Shown piece by piece: positions 54,540-64,000 of a DNA stretch of 64,000 nucleotides. The first letter of the stretch is position 1; each line of letters opens with the position of its first letter. The DNA is from an uncultured bacterium (GTDB lineage: Bacteria > Patescibacteriota > Saccharimonadia > UBA4664): the NCBI GenBank assembly GCA_963720265.1, contig CAVRET010000002.1, forward strand, positions 942,069 to 1,006,068, read 5' to 3'. Under the pieces are notes generated by a model. That model was not told the DNA's origin. It made no database searches and worked only from the letters and a program-made list of their open reading frames with translations. Made by a program: the position numbers and the translations under genes.

Positions 54540-55784
54540 ATGATTATCAAAAACGTAAAGCTTAGCCGTGAGGGCGATATCACCACGCTGTCGGCCAAGT
54601 GTAAGATTCGTAAAATCGGGTGGGACACGGTCTACTTTACGCTGACGTCACCCCAGCCCGAGTACGTATATGAAGACGCCAGCCCGTTCGCATGTGCGCT
54701 GCTCGTGGCGTCGATGCGCCAGGGTGAGGACCTCATTATCCACGGTAGTATCTCCGAGAAGCTCTATGAGGGTATGGATGAGATTATGGATGAGATGCTG
54801 ACGTGGAATATCGGCCTCTCTCGGATTGCCATTAAGGCCGATAAAATTACGGAAGATGCCGAAACGCCCGTCGGAACCAAAGCCGGATCGTTTTTCTCCG
54901 GTGGCGTTGATTCATTCTATACCTACCTTAAGCACAAGACTGATCCAGTGGGCGAAGGACGAGTTGATAGCCTGATCCTCGTCAACGGCTTTGACATTGA
55001 TTTGCGCAGCAAAGAACTCTGGCGGATGACGCTTGAGAACATTGAGCAGGTGGCGAAGGCCGAGAGCGTCGAGCTCGTGGTGGTTGAGAGCAATATTCAG
55101 AAGTTGCTTGAGCCGATCTTGTCGTGGGACTTCGCGCACGGCGGGTGTCTGGCGGCAGTCGGTCTATTTTTGCGGGGCGGTATGAACCGCATCTATATCC
55201 CGTCGACCTTCACGGTCGCGGCGCAGGCACCATGGGGTTCTCACCTGAAGCTTGACCACCACTGGAGCACCGAGCGCATAGTGTTTGTTCATGACGGAAC
55301 AGAGGCGACCCGGGTCGAGAAGGTGGGGTGGCAGGTAGCCAAATCGCCGGTGGCGCTCAAGCATTTGCGTGTTTGCTATGTTAATAAAATTGGTACGTAC
55401 AACTGCGGGGTTTGCTCCAAGTGCATCCGCACCATGGTCAACCTGTATCTGGCCGATGCCCTTGATAAGGCCGGGACGTTTCCTCACGAACTTGATTTCA
55501 AAATGATTGCCGAAACGCCGTCGTCCTTTAACGAAGGCGAGCAAATGTTTACCGGTGAGGATGAAAACATTAATGCACTTCATGAGCGCGGGCTTAATCC
55601 CTTGTTGGAGCAGGCGTTGATCGCAAGCAAAAATCTGACGATTGGGATGCGCCAAGGTGTACTGGATAGCCCGAGTACGAAATTTAACAAACTGGTACTC
55701 CGCGGCATACAGCTTGACCATGTGTACACACACGGCCGGGTATATGTCGCGTTGTCGCGTATGTTTGGCCGTGAGTTTGTCTAG
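54540..55784 (+). CDS. PP-loop ATP-pyrophosphatase superfamily protein, possibly an N-acetyl-sugar amidotransferase-like enzyme.
   Basis: SFFSGGVDSFYTYL is the SGGxDS PP-loop. A CGVCSKC Cys cluster is also present. Confidence 0.45.
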   Translation: MIIKNVKLSREGDITTLSAKCKIRKIGWDTVYFTLTSPQPEYVYEDASPFACALLVASMRQGEDLIIHGSISEKLYEGMDEIMDEMLTWNIGLSRIAIKADKITEDAETPVGTKAGSFFSGGVDSFYTYLKHKTDPVGEGRVDSLILVNGFDIDLRSKELWRMTLENIEQVAKAESVELVVVESNIQKLLEPILSWDFAHGGCLAAVGLFLRGGMNRIYIPSTFTVAAQAPWGSHLKLDHHWSTERIVFVHDGTEATRVEKVGWQVAKSPVALKHLRVCYVNKIGTYNCGVCSKCIRTMVNLYLADALDKAGTFPHELDFKMIAETPSSFNEGEQMFTGEDENINALHERGLNPLLEQALIASKNLTIGMRQGVLDSPSTKFNKLVLRGIQLDHVYTHGRVYVALSRMFGREFV

Positions 55785-55839
55785 GCCTTTGTATTTATGA
55801 TTGCTGCGTCCGGCATCTTTCGCTGGGCGGCATCGAGAT

Positions 55840-57129
55840 CTAGTTACTGCGAGCCGTGATGATGCGCCCGAGGTTTATGTGCGAGTAAGCTAAGGCGGAG
55901 AATGAGATAATGGCCGCCACGAGATTACCGACTAGCCAGGCGCCCGCAACCCATGTCAGGCCGCGAGTCGACCAAACGAACGCTAGCCCACAGGTGGTAA
56001 GGGCGTAGACAAGATTACTCACGACGAGTGCGGGGATGTGGCGGCTGATACGCAGCGAAACGCCGCCGAGTACATTGGCGGCCACAACCGGGGCCGCAAG
56101 GGCCAAGATGACGATGACTTTGTGGGCCTGAGTATTGTATGTACGGCCGAAAACATCGAGAGCCGTGGGGCCCGCCAGGGCAAGCAGTAATGCTACCGGT
56201 ATCATAATCGCGGCCAAGATGGCCGCACCTTTCGGAAGCAGCTGTTCAAAACGATTTTCTTCATGCGAGACCTCTGCAAACAGGGCCTGGGCGACCGAAT
56301 AAGCTACGGTGTAGATGAGGTTCGCGAGCATGAAGGCAAGGTAGTAGTAGCCGGCGGCGGCGGCACCGATCCGGTCAACGATGACGATAGGCAGGATAAG
56401 TGTTGGGGTGATATTAAAGAGGCTTGCCAGGTAGTTACCGGACGAATAATATCTCACCTGCTTTATAACCTGACGGCTAATGTGGAGGCTGGGCCGATAT
56501 TTGAAGCTCCGGGCCATAAAGTAGAGGCTTAACCCTAGGGCTATGGCTGCGGCCAGACCCGAGGCCGCAAATACACCGAAGGCGCCCAGCGCAATCAGGG
56601 CGACCGGCAATGCGAGTTTAGTGGCCGACTGGATGCTATAAATGAGCAGGTTGTAACCTGAGGCGCGGTAGGCGATGAAGACGCTATCGGTTAAAAGATT
56701 GGCGGCAGCGGCAGCCGACAGCAGTACAAAGCCAATGATATGCCAGTTGTGGCCAATGAGCATCATAAGCTGCGGTGCAAACCGGGGTAGGGCGAATATG
56801 TATGCACTCGCCAAGATGAGCGACATCGCAAGAACGAGCAAAAGACCCGTGTTAATCTCGTCATTACGCCTTTTTGAGGTTGGCAAAAAGCGGATAAAGG
56901 TTGAATTAAATCCCAGCAGACTAAAGTAGGCGATGAAGGTGCTTGCCGAAATCAGAGCTGAAGCGATGCCGATTTGGCCGGCCGAGTATAAATGCGCACT
57001 CAGCAGCCAAAAGCCAAACCCAAAAACGGCCTGGACCAGGGTCGAAAGCATGAGATAGATGGAGTTTTGGAACAGGGTGTCGGTGCGGAAATGGTGGATC
57101 AGTCGGCTCACCCAAACAGACGCGCGCAT
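55840..57129 (-). CDS. Wzx-type oligosaccharide flippase / polysaccharide biosynthesis protein (PST family).
   Basis: 429 aa with about 12 TM segments. The N-terminus LMLSTLVQAVFGFGFWLLSAHLYSAGQIGIASAL is typical of the family. Confidence 0.6.
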   Translation of the reverse strand: MRASVWVSRLIHHFRTDTLFQNSIYLMLSTLVQAVFGFGFWLLSAHLYSAGQIGIASALISASTFIAYFSLLGFNSTFIRFLPTSKRRNDEINTGLLLVLAMSLILASAYIFALPRFAPQLMMLIGHNWHIIGFVLLSAAAAANLLTDSVFIAYRASGYNLLIYSIQSATKLALPVALIALGAFGVFAASGLAAAIALGLSLYFMARSFKYRPSLHISRQVIKQVRYYSSGNYLASLFNITPTLILPIVIVDRIGAAAAGYYYLAFMLANLIYTVAYSVAQALFAEVSHEENRFEQLLPKGAAILAAIMIPVALLLALAGPTALDVFGRTYNTQAHKVIVILALAAPVVAANVLGGVSLRISRHIPALVVSNLVYALTTCGLAFVWSTRGLTWVAGAWLVGNLVAAIISFSALAYSHINLGRIITARSN

Positions 57130-57535
57130 GGCGAAACAGGACCTTGTTATTTACACAAAATAAAAGCATGCCTAAAAACTATGGCAAGCTCGGAATAAAT
57201 ATATTATACTATATGTTATGAAATATTTCCAGCCTTTTTTACGAACTACGTGGCTCTACTGCCTGATGGGCGGCATTTACATTTGCGTGAATGCCTGGGT
57301 TCATCCCTATACCCTGCCGTGGCAACTGACACACCTGACCCCCTGGATCCGTGAAGATACCTTTGGGATGGTATGTTTTACCCTATCGGCACTGGCCTTT
57401 TTTGGGCTTGAGGTCATCAAGCGATCCGAGCAAAAAGCCAAGTAGCTTTGACGCGGCCCGACTCTTGCGAGTAGCATGGTGGAGTTAATCTGAAGGGGGC
57501 ATTTTATCGGCTTTCGGTTTGCGGGCGATTTAGTA

Positions 57536-58780
57536 TTGGCACGTCGGCGCCTGCGTTTCCTGTATGTAAGCGCGCTTATTTTGGTGTTCGCAGTAGTTTC
57601 TGCCGGGTATTATGGTTGGTCATTTTATCACCGAGGCCCTGTCCAGGCATTAGCCGTCTCACACGGCTACCGCGCTAAGACTTCACCGTCTGCGAGTCCA
57701 AGTTCTACACCGGTGCAAGCGAGCGCTACACCGGCCCCCACTCAGACTGCATTGCCGCAGATTGGCAGTCGGTTTGGCTTGTCGCTGGGCGATACCCTCC
57801 AGGGGATGCCTAGTACCAGGCTTGCAAACGAGCTTAGCGGTATTAAGGCTCTGGGCGTTGGTTGGATACGGGTTGACCTCGACTGGAATGATATCCAGCC
57901 AAATAACGCATCTTCTTACCATTGGAGCGGATTTGATGCGATTGTGGCGGGAGCACGGGCGCGGGGGCTTCAGGTCCTTCCGGTCGTCGACTATACGCCT
58001 TCGTGGGCGAGGCCGGCCAGCTGCACGTCGGCCGAGTTTTGCGCCCCGGCAAGTCCCGGTCAATTTGCAGCTTTCGCGGCTGCTGCGGCCGCGCGGTACG
58101 CGCCACGCGGCGTTCACAACTGGGAGATCTGGAACGAAGAGAATCAAAACTTTTATTGGCAGCCGTCCGCAAACGCGAGCGCGTACGTAACACTGCTTAA
58201 GCAAACCTATGCGGCAATAAAGCACGTCGATGGATCAGCTACGGTTATCAGTGGGGGGCTGGCAACGACCGATACCGCAGCCGGTGGGATCGCCCAGCTG
58301 GATTATTTGTCCGAAATGTATGCTGACGGCGCCAAGGGTTCGTTTGATGCCGTCGGATATCATCCCTATTCATTTCCGGTACCGGCATCGTATTTTGTGA
58401 GCTGGAATGCCTGGAGCAAAATGGGCCAGACAACGCCTAGTTTACGCAGCATTATGGTGGCGAACGGCGATGGCAATAAGCAGATTTGGCCAACCGAATA
58501 CGGCGCGCCAACCAATGGGCCTGGTGCAGTTTCAGTGCCGAATAATTACAACATTAATGCCTCGCCCGACCATGTGAATGAGGCGATGCAGGCAGTGATT
58601 GCGCGCGATTTTGTAACTACAGCCGAGAATGTCCCTTGGCTCGGTCCGGCGTTTTGGTATACGTATCAGGATGCAGGGACAGATGCATCCAACACCGAGG
58701 ATTTCTATGGCCTTTTGAGGGCCAACGGATCGCAAAAGCCGGCGTATCTGGCGTTTAAAGAGGCGCTGTCAGGATTGTAG
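57536..58780 (+). CDS. Secreted GH5/GH39-like glycoside hydrolase, a paralogue of 42765–43979.
   Basis: EIWNEENQNFYW, ISGGLATTD, GYHPYSFP and IWPTEYGAP, after an N-terminal anchor. Confidence 0.55.
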   Translation: MARRRLRFLYVSALILVFAVVSAGYYGWSFYHRGPVQALAVSHGYRAKTSPSASPSSTPVQASATPAPTQTALPQIGSRFGLSLGDTLQGMPSTRLANELSGIKALGVGWIRVDLDWNDIQPNNASSYHWSGFDAIVAGARARGLQVLPVVDYTPSWARPASCTSAEFCAPASPGQFAAFAAAAAARYAPRGVHNWEIWNEENQNFYWQPSANASAYVTLLKQTYAAIKHVDGSATVISGGLATTDTAAGGIAQLDYLSEMYADGAKGSFDAVGYHPYSFPVPASYFVSWNAWSKMGQTTPSLRSIMVANGDGNKQIWPTEYGAPTNGPGAVSVPNNYNINASPDHVNEAMQAVIARDFVTTAENVPWLGPAFWYTYQDAGTDASNTEDFYGLLRANGSQKPAYLAFKEALSGL

Positions 58781-58870
58781 AATACTCGTCCCGCGTATAA
58801 ACTTGACTATAGGCTAATTTTCGTATTTAATGTTGTAAATATTTATTGCGTGAGGGTCGGGAGCCGCCTC

Positions 58871-59350
58871 ATGACACAAACCACAAAAACTCGTCTCATC
58901 ATCGTAGCCGTGATCGTTGGCGTCTTTGGTCTCATCGGTGGCTATCGCTGGATCATGGCGCAAAGGGAGCAATCAAATACATCAGTCTCTTTCACGGGCA
59001 CGGATACCGATACGAGTACGCCTGTGACTGACACGCCACAGGCGCCGGCAGCTACGCCTACACCACCATGTTTTACGGCAGCTCAGTCCTGGAACGAAAT
59101 TGGACAGAGTGGTTGCGTCGAGTTCACGGTTGGCTCGACATACGTTTCTTCTCGCTGCAACGCCTACCTTGATCAGTACAGCGATTACAGTAGTGGATTT
59201 TCAGCCTGGATTCCTGATGGATGCTCGCTCGGTAACGCCCTAATAAGTGAATATGCCAATAAAACCATTGAGGTGAGCGGCTCCATCACCCGATACGATG
59301 GCGCGCCAGAGATTGAGGTAACTAGCGCCTCACAAGTCCAGCTGCACTGA
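58871..59350 (+). CDS. Hypothetical membrane-anchored Cys-containing small secreted protein.
   Basis: A TM helix and a Thr/Pro linker precede a Cys-rich domain. Confidence 0.4.
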   Translation: MTQTTKTRLIIVAVIVGVFGLIGGYRWIMAQREQSNTSVSFTGTDTDTSTPVTDTPQAPAATPTPPCFTAAQSWNEIGQSGCVEFTVGSTYVSSRCNAYLDQYSDYSSGFSAWIPDGCSLGNALISEYANKTIEVSGSITRYDGAPEIEVTSASQVQLH

Positions 59351-59502
59351 AACTCGCGCTTTTGTTAAGGCGTTTTTCCGCGAATACCACGGATTCCGTC
59401 TACGTCACACTGTATGTGCTTGTGCACACACCCTCTTTCGGAGAAGGTCAAATAAAGTGCCTAGGCTGGCTGGCGATTGTCATGACATCCACGGGCCTAG
59501 AA

Positions 59503-60870
59503 TTAGTGCCCCAATATCAGCGTCTGATAATCTTTCAGCGAAGCAAATCCTGAGCCATAAAGCTCAGGTTCAAAAGCCCACATCATACCCATCAGGCCGT
59601 ACGCCTTTGCCTGCGTTAATGTAAAGTCCATGTCGGTGTACGAGCCATGACCAGTGTTTTCCCCAAAGACTTTGAGATGATTTGGATTTTGGGCTGCTAG
59701 TTGTGCTAACCAATGTACCGGCCGCCATTCGCGTGAATCCGTGCTCGCATCACTACCGTCGCTCGCATCAAGCCAGGTCGTATAAACCACAACACCGGGA
59801 TCCTTAACATCAGCGATAAACTGCGCGTAATCAGTACCGCGCTGGATTTCGCCATTAATCTCAGTTGATGATTTTCCGCCCAGGTTGTCCGCGACTGCTT
59901 CGGCGATTTGGCCATCACGTACACCCCATGACGAGTAGAGCATAAACAGGTATCCCGGGTAATACTGCCGCATTGTCGCGATCTGCCAGTTTTGGAAGTT
60001 GGCCATGCTAGCCAGGTACCAATTAATAAACGTTGAGGCCGCCGCATGATCAACTGCGCCATTATCCGGCTTCCAATCCGGAACCGGATCTGCGCTGACC
60101 CCTTGCGCTAGCCCCGTGGCCCGGCCCTGCGCAAGGTCATCAAAAGCCCAATAGCAATTGGTGTGTCCGCCCCAGTTTTGACCCGGATACTGAAGCTCGT
60201 TATACCACCCGCCGCCGAGCCGGACGCCGTAGAAAGTATTTGCTCCAAGATCGTTCATGGCGCGGGCAAGATAGTTCGCATAATCGTCACGTTGCTTTTG
60301 GTTAAACACAAGGTTTGCAATGTTTTTACCAGATGCCGTATCAACGTAGGGCTGTCCGTATTGGTTTACGTAGCGCCCGTCGGGGACTTGTAACACCCAC
60401 GAGGGCGTATACTGCACGCCCGGGTCAAGCACGATGCGCAGGCCGGCGTTTTTAAACCCCGCTATTTCGCTTCGCATCTTGGCAATATATGTGGCGTCAA
60501 ACTCCCCTGGCGCCGGCTCAAATTGGTCCCAGGCGAGACCTAGCGTCACAAGGCGGATGCCGGCCGCGTAATCAGATGATGCGTGATTGCTCGTACTTGC
60601 AACAGTGCCAAACATAAAACTTTCACTGCTGCCAGTGGTAGCTGTCATTGAAACAGCCGGCGATGGGGCCGGGGTTTCGAGTTTGCCTGCCGGCAGCACT
60701 TGCTGGCTGGCTTCTTTTGCTGAAGTACGGGGAGTGGTCATAGGGCTGGTTGGGGTTGCAGCTATGCAGCAACCTACAAGAATTAGAGCGTACGGCCAGA
60801 ATAACAACCCGATGAACCTGCGCCGATCTACTCGTAAGTGGCGTAACGTCGCCGATTTCTGCAAGAGCAC
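59503..60870 (-). CDS. Putative secreted glycoside hydrolase (TIM-barrel, GH42/GH5-like). Function is uncertain.
   Basis: LAWDQFEPAPGEFD is typical of beta-galactosidase/cellulase-type barrels. It has a signal-like N-terminus. Confidence 0.4.
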   Translation of the reverse strand: MLLQKSATLRHLRVDRRRFIGLLFWPYALILVGCCIAATPTSPMTTPRTSAKEASQQVLPAGKLETPAPSPAVSMTATTGSSESFMFGTVASTSNHASSDYAAGIRLVTLGLAWDQFEPAPGEFDATYIAKMRSEIAGFKNAGLRIVLDPGVQYTPSWVLQVPDGRYVNQYGQPYVDTASGKNIANLVFNQKQRDDYANYLARAMNDLGANTFYGVRLGGGWYNELQYPGQNWGGHTNCYWAFDDLAQGRATGLAQGVSADPVPDWKPDNGAVDHAAASTFINWYLASMANFQNWQIATMRQYYPGYLFMLYSSWGVRDGQIAEAVADNLGGKSSTEINGEIQRGTDYAQFIADVKDPGVVVYTTWLDASDGSDASTDSREWRPVHWLAQLAAQNPNHLKVFGENTGHGSYTDMDFTLTQAKAYGLMGMMWAFEPELYGSGFASLKDYQTLILGH

Positions 60871-61042
60871 CCCCCTTTGTACTTTCCCATCTAATCAGGT
60901 CATGGATGAAGCGTCAAAGGTCGGTAATATTCACCGGTTTCGCACGAAATTCGCCAAAGATACAATATTGTGTTATAGTCCCAGCCATTCACAAATTGGA
61001 CATGAGGGTAGCCCAAGAGACCAGGAGTTAAGGCCACCCTTC

Positions 61043-61858
61043 ATGCCATCTGACAGCACAAGTGTTCATCGTAAACCCCAGACGAATCTATCGGTCGTCA
61101 TCCCCACCCTCAATGAAGCCGACAACATTGACGGGCTCGTTGAACGACTCGCCGGAGCGCTCGGCGACTTGGGTTATCAATACGAGCTCATCTTTATTGA
61201 CGACCATTCCTCAGACGCCACCCTTAAAAAAATCCGGTCATACGGCTCTTCGTTACCGTTAAAGGTCTGGCTGAAAGACGGCGAACCGGGCAAGGGCTAC
61301 TCGCTTATTCAGGGTTTTAAGCGCGCCCGGTATGACCTCATTGTCATGATCGACGCGGATCTGCAGTATCCGCCTGAAGCTATTCCGGAGATGGTCACAG
61401 CCCTCCATGGGGATATCGGGATAGTTGTTGCCAACCGGGTTAACGCCAATACCGGATTCGCTCGACGCCAACTGAGCCAGTTAGGGCGCAATGTGTATGG
61501 CAAATGGATGCATGGCCTGGACTGCGACGTGCAATCCGGGCTTAAACTCTTTCGCCGTGAGATTCTTGCCAAGGTACGGCTCGCGCCGACAGCCTGGGCA
61601 TTCGACCTTGATTTCCTCGTCCAGGCCAAAGACGCCGGCTATGCCATTACTACTATTGATATCTCGTTCTCCGAACGTGCGGCCGGCAGTTCGCACGTCA
61701 ACGTCTTTAAAACGGGTACAGATATCTTTGTCCAAGCACTGCGCGTGAAGCTTCACCGTAAAAAAATCGCGCAGATGGTTCTTTCGCGAAGTATGACAAC
61801 ACACACGGAGCCCCGAGCTGTGGTCGCTTTAGCCGCAAAGCGAGAGCCAGATGCTTAG
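61043..61858 (+). CDS. GT2 glycosyltransferase, a polyprenyl-phosphate sugar synthase (Dpm1/ArnC/GtrB-like).
   Basis: LSVVIPTLNEADNI, FIDDHSSD and MIDADLQYPPE. Start is taken at ATG 61043. Confidence 0.65.
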   Translation: MPSDSTSVHRKPQTNLSVVIPTLNEADNIDGLVERLAGALGDLGYQYELIFIDDHSSDATLKKIRSYGSSLPLKVWLKDGEPGKGYSLIQGFKRARYDLIVMIDADLQYPPEAIPEMVTALHGDIGIVVANRVNANTGFARRQLSQLGRNVYGKWMHGLDCDVQSGLKLFRREILAKVRLAPTAWAFDLDFLVQAKDAGYAITTIDISFSERAAGSSHVNVFKTGTDIFVQALRVKLHRKKIAQMVLSRSMTTHTEPRAVVALAAKREPDA

Positions 61859-63047
61859 TAGTCCCAACCTCACCACAGCGGCGAAAAAGGAGCAGCCGAC
61901 CAAGCGGCGGCTGCACATCCTGCATTTGGGTTTTGAAGACTACCGACAGCCGGGTAGCGGTGGCGGCGCGATCAGGACGCATGAAATTGACAAGCGACTT
62001 GTCCAGGAGCACGAGATTACGGTTCTAACGAGCAAATACCAGGGCTCTATCGACCGGGTCGAAGACGGGGTGCAGTACATACATATCGGGCGTCCCTGGG
62101 GATACTTCGGCAGCATTCTCACCTATTTCGCGGCTTTGCCGTTCGCGGCAAGAAAATACAAAGCCGATGTCGTCATTGAAGATTTTGCAGCGCCATTCTC
62201 AAGTTGCCTTACACCTTTGTGGTCGCGCGGGCCAATCGTCGCAATGGTGCAGTGGCTGAATGCCAAAGAGAAGTCGGCCCAGTATCATTTGCCTTTTTGG
62301 ATTACAGAAAAAATTGGTCTTCGTTTGCATAAACACTACATTGCGGTCTCACAGGAGCTTGCGGATCGAATTCGTTTGGCCAATCCAAAGGCTTCGGTAG
62401 AGGTCATCCCAAACGGCGTGCCTGCCTCGGCATTTGATCAGCCCCTAGGCCAGTCCCGCAAGGACATTGTCTATATTGGCCGGATTGAACGTGCACAAAA
62501 AGGCCTCGATTTATTGCTGGACGCATTTGCCGAGATTGCCCCAAAAACCACGGCTCAGCTCGTATTGGTGGGGGATGGACCGGATGAAGCCTGGGTTCGG
62601 TCGCGTATTAGAAACTTGGGCATCACTCAGCGAGTCACCTTGGCGGGGCGTATTAACGGAAGCAAGAAGCACACAATGCTTGCTACAGCCAAGGTCGTAG
62701 CCATGCCTTCTCGATTTGAGACCTTTGGTATGGTGGCAATTGAGGCCATGTCCGCCGGCACTGACGTGGTGGCCTTTGACATTCCGTGCCTGCGCGAAGT
62801 TGTCCCGCAGGGGCTCGGCACGCTGGTCCCAGCGTTTGATATCGACGTTTATGCCAAAGCGCTTCTCAACTCGCTAGATACGCGCGACAGCCTAAAAAAC
62901 GAAGAAAGCCGGCGCACATTTGCGAGTCGCTTTAACTGGGACGCTATCGCGGCTGCGCAGCAACTAGTTATTGAAACGGCCGCGGCATCATCGCAAAAAG
63001 CATGGCAGCGAGAAGTACGGCCGGACCAGCAAGGGGTCACTTCATGA
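61851..63047 (+). CDS. GT4 family glycosyltransferase.
   Basis: 398 aa. The C-terminal GT4 core reads FGMVAIEAMSAGTDVVAFD. Confidence 0.65.
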   Translation: MLSSPNLTTAAKKEQPTKRRLHILHLGFEDYRQPGSGGGAIRTHEIDKRLVQEHEITVLTSKYQGSIDRVEDGVQYIHIGRPWGYFGSILTYFAALPFAARKYKADVVIEDFAAPFSSCLTPLWSRGPIVAMVQWLNAKEKSAQYHLPFWITEKIGLRLHKHYIAVSQELADRIRLANPKASVEVIPNGVPASAFDQPLGQSRKDIVYIGRIERAQKGLDLLLDAFAEIAPKTTAQLVLVGDGPDEAWVRSRIRNLGITQRVTLAGRINGSKKHTMLATAKVVAMPSRFETFGMVAIEAMSAGTDVVAFDIPCLREVVPQGLGTLVPAFDIDVYAKALLNSLDTRDSLKNEESRRTFASRFNWDAIAAAQQLVIETAAASSQKAWQREVRPDQQGVTS

Positions 63048-64000
63048 TGCGCTCAAGCTTCAGGAAGAACATTCTTGGCCTAATCTTTGCCTTTGGCGTT
63101 GTCCTCGAGACACTCGTCATTAGAATCATGGGCATCAACCTTTATGACATTCACATTGATGAGATTACCTATGCTCATTTCGCCCAGACCATTGACGCGG
63201 GCCAGTTGCCGCGTGACTTTGGCGGGGCCCCATTCTTCCTGCATCCACCCGGCTATTTTGTGCTGCTTGCCATCTGGAGAGCCCTGTTTTGGCATGGCAC
63301 AAATATTTTTGCCGAATACACCTTGCTGCGCGGGTTAAGCGTGTTTCTGGCCGTGCCTACTGTCATTCTCATTATCTTGCTCGTGCAAAAGTTAACCAAA
63401 AACTTATGGCTGGGGGTCGTTGCAGGCACCCTGTTTATGATTGACCCATTTGCCATCCGCCAAAACACGCGGGGCCTGATGGAAACCGACACGATGATGT
63501 GGCTGTTGTTTGGCTTGTGGCTGTTGTTTGAGCGTATCGAAAAAAATGTATCGGGCTGGATCTGGTCTGCAATCGGCTTGGTATTCGGTATCGCGATTGT
63601 GACAAAAGATGTTGCCGCAATTTTTCTCGTGCTTGTTTTTGTGCTCATGATGCTGCTCAAAATTGGCCCCAATCGTAAGGTGTACCGCTATCTCGTACCG
63701 ACTGCGTTGGCGCCTTACGCACTGTGGGTGGGCATTGTTTCGCTGCGCGGATACTTCTGGCAGTTTTTAGCATCCAAAACGGTTGGCATCCAGAGGCTTA
63801 TCGGGCTATTTCAGCAGACCGGCTTTAATTCACCTAATTCGCCATCTAAGGGCAGTGCGCTCATGCAGACTATCCCACTGTACGGCATCAGCTATGTCGT
63901 CATGGCTACTGGAGCACTAGGCTCCATATTGCTGCTCACTTCCAAGGATAAAAATCGCAGGCGGTGGGGCGCGGTCGGAACCGCTGCAACGTTACTGCTC
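63044..64000 (+). CDS. GT-C fold membrane glycosyltransferase (GT39/GT83, PMT/ArnT-like), truncated at the window edge.
   Basis: The IDEITYAHFAQ...FFLHPPG motif is in the first periplasmic loop. It has multiple TM segments. The ATG overlaps the upstream stop (ATGA). Confidence 0.55.
   Translation, partial: MMRSSFRKNILGLIFAFGVVLETLVIRIMGINLYDIHIDEITYAHFAQTIDAGQLPRDFGGAPFFLHPPGYFVLLAIWRALFWHGTNIFAEYTLLRGLSVFLAVPTVILIILLVQKLTKNLWLGVVAGTLFMIDPFAIRQNTRGLMETDTMMWLLFGLWLLFERIEKNVSGWIWSAIGLVFGIAIVTKDVAAIFLVLVFVLMMLLKIGPNRKVYRYLVPTALAPYALWVGIVSLRGYFWQFLASKTVGIQRLIGLFQQTGFNSPNSPSKGSALMQTIPLYGISYVVMATGALGSILLLTSKDKNRRRWGAVGTAATLLL

Noticed and set aside
54912-55733. Minus-strand ORFs (75 and 189 aa) inside the PP-loop gene, and minus ORFs within the membrane-protein and GT genes at 51029–53698.
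   Set aside because: They are antisense to longer ORFs with clear motifs (SGGVDS, GT motifs) and are not independently supported.

Overview
The window is a mosaic of bacterial chromosome with uneven GC content, and no rRNA or CRISPR was found. Lineage cannot be assigned from sequence alone; the strand-biased, compact gene layout is bacterial.

Main features, in order:
- 1–6091 (minus strand): a giant Gly/Thr/Ala-rich repetitive surface protein. Its frame runs off the 5' edge of the window, which is why the six-frame ORF track misses it and shows only short antisense Pro/Val-rich artefacts there.
- 6190–12500: the most unusual structure. Eight co-oriented minus-strand gene modules are packed here. 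They are dominated by type II toxin–antitoxin pairs (MazEF twice, YafQ/RelE–DinJ, VapBC twice) plus a few non-TA ORFs. A conserved 60–75 bp repeat follows the 3' end of nearly every module.
- The left half of that repeat is a diverging copy of the 3' end of a tRNA-Leu(CAG) gene at 14229–14314, showing the T-loop GTTCGACT and a CACCA-like tail. Similarity to the tRNA falls with distance from it. The copy nearest the tRNA (12486–12500) is a 15/15 bp match to the tRNA 3' terminus.
- This pattern looks like serial, integrase-mediated accretion of small integrase-less cassettes at tRNA-Leu. It resembles a CIME-like or integron-like array, but no recombinase gene lies in the window.
- A GC-rich islet (12501–14130) sits between the array and the tRNA. 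A small ORF with a downstream double-hairpin element recurs at two places in the array.
- 14.4–45 kb: housekeeping genes. These are an oligopeptide-binding protein, secG, uvrC, uvrA, typA and uvrB. uvrA is split by a -1 frameshift in a T5 run. The stretch also holds an EAL-domain protein, a tandemly duplicated membrane protein pair, a pilin, an MFS transporter, a CAP-domain protein, a YoeB–YefM pair and a CDP-alcohol phosphatidyltransferase.
- 45.6–64 kb: a surface-glycan biosynthesis locus. It contains fusion glycosyltransferases (GT2–GT4, and CE4 deacetylase–GT4–GT4), a pyruvyl transferase, a Wzx-type flippase, a PP-loop amidotransferase-like protein and GH5-like hydrolases. A Dpm1-like GT2 is followed by a GT-C/GT39-like membrane transferase that runs off the 3' edge.
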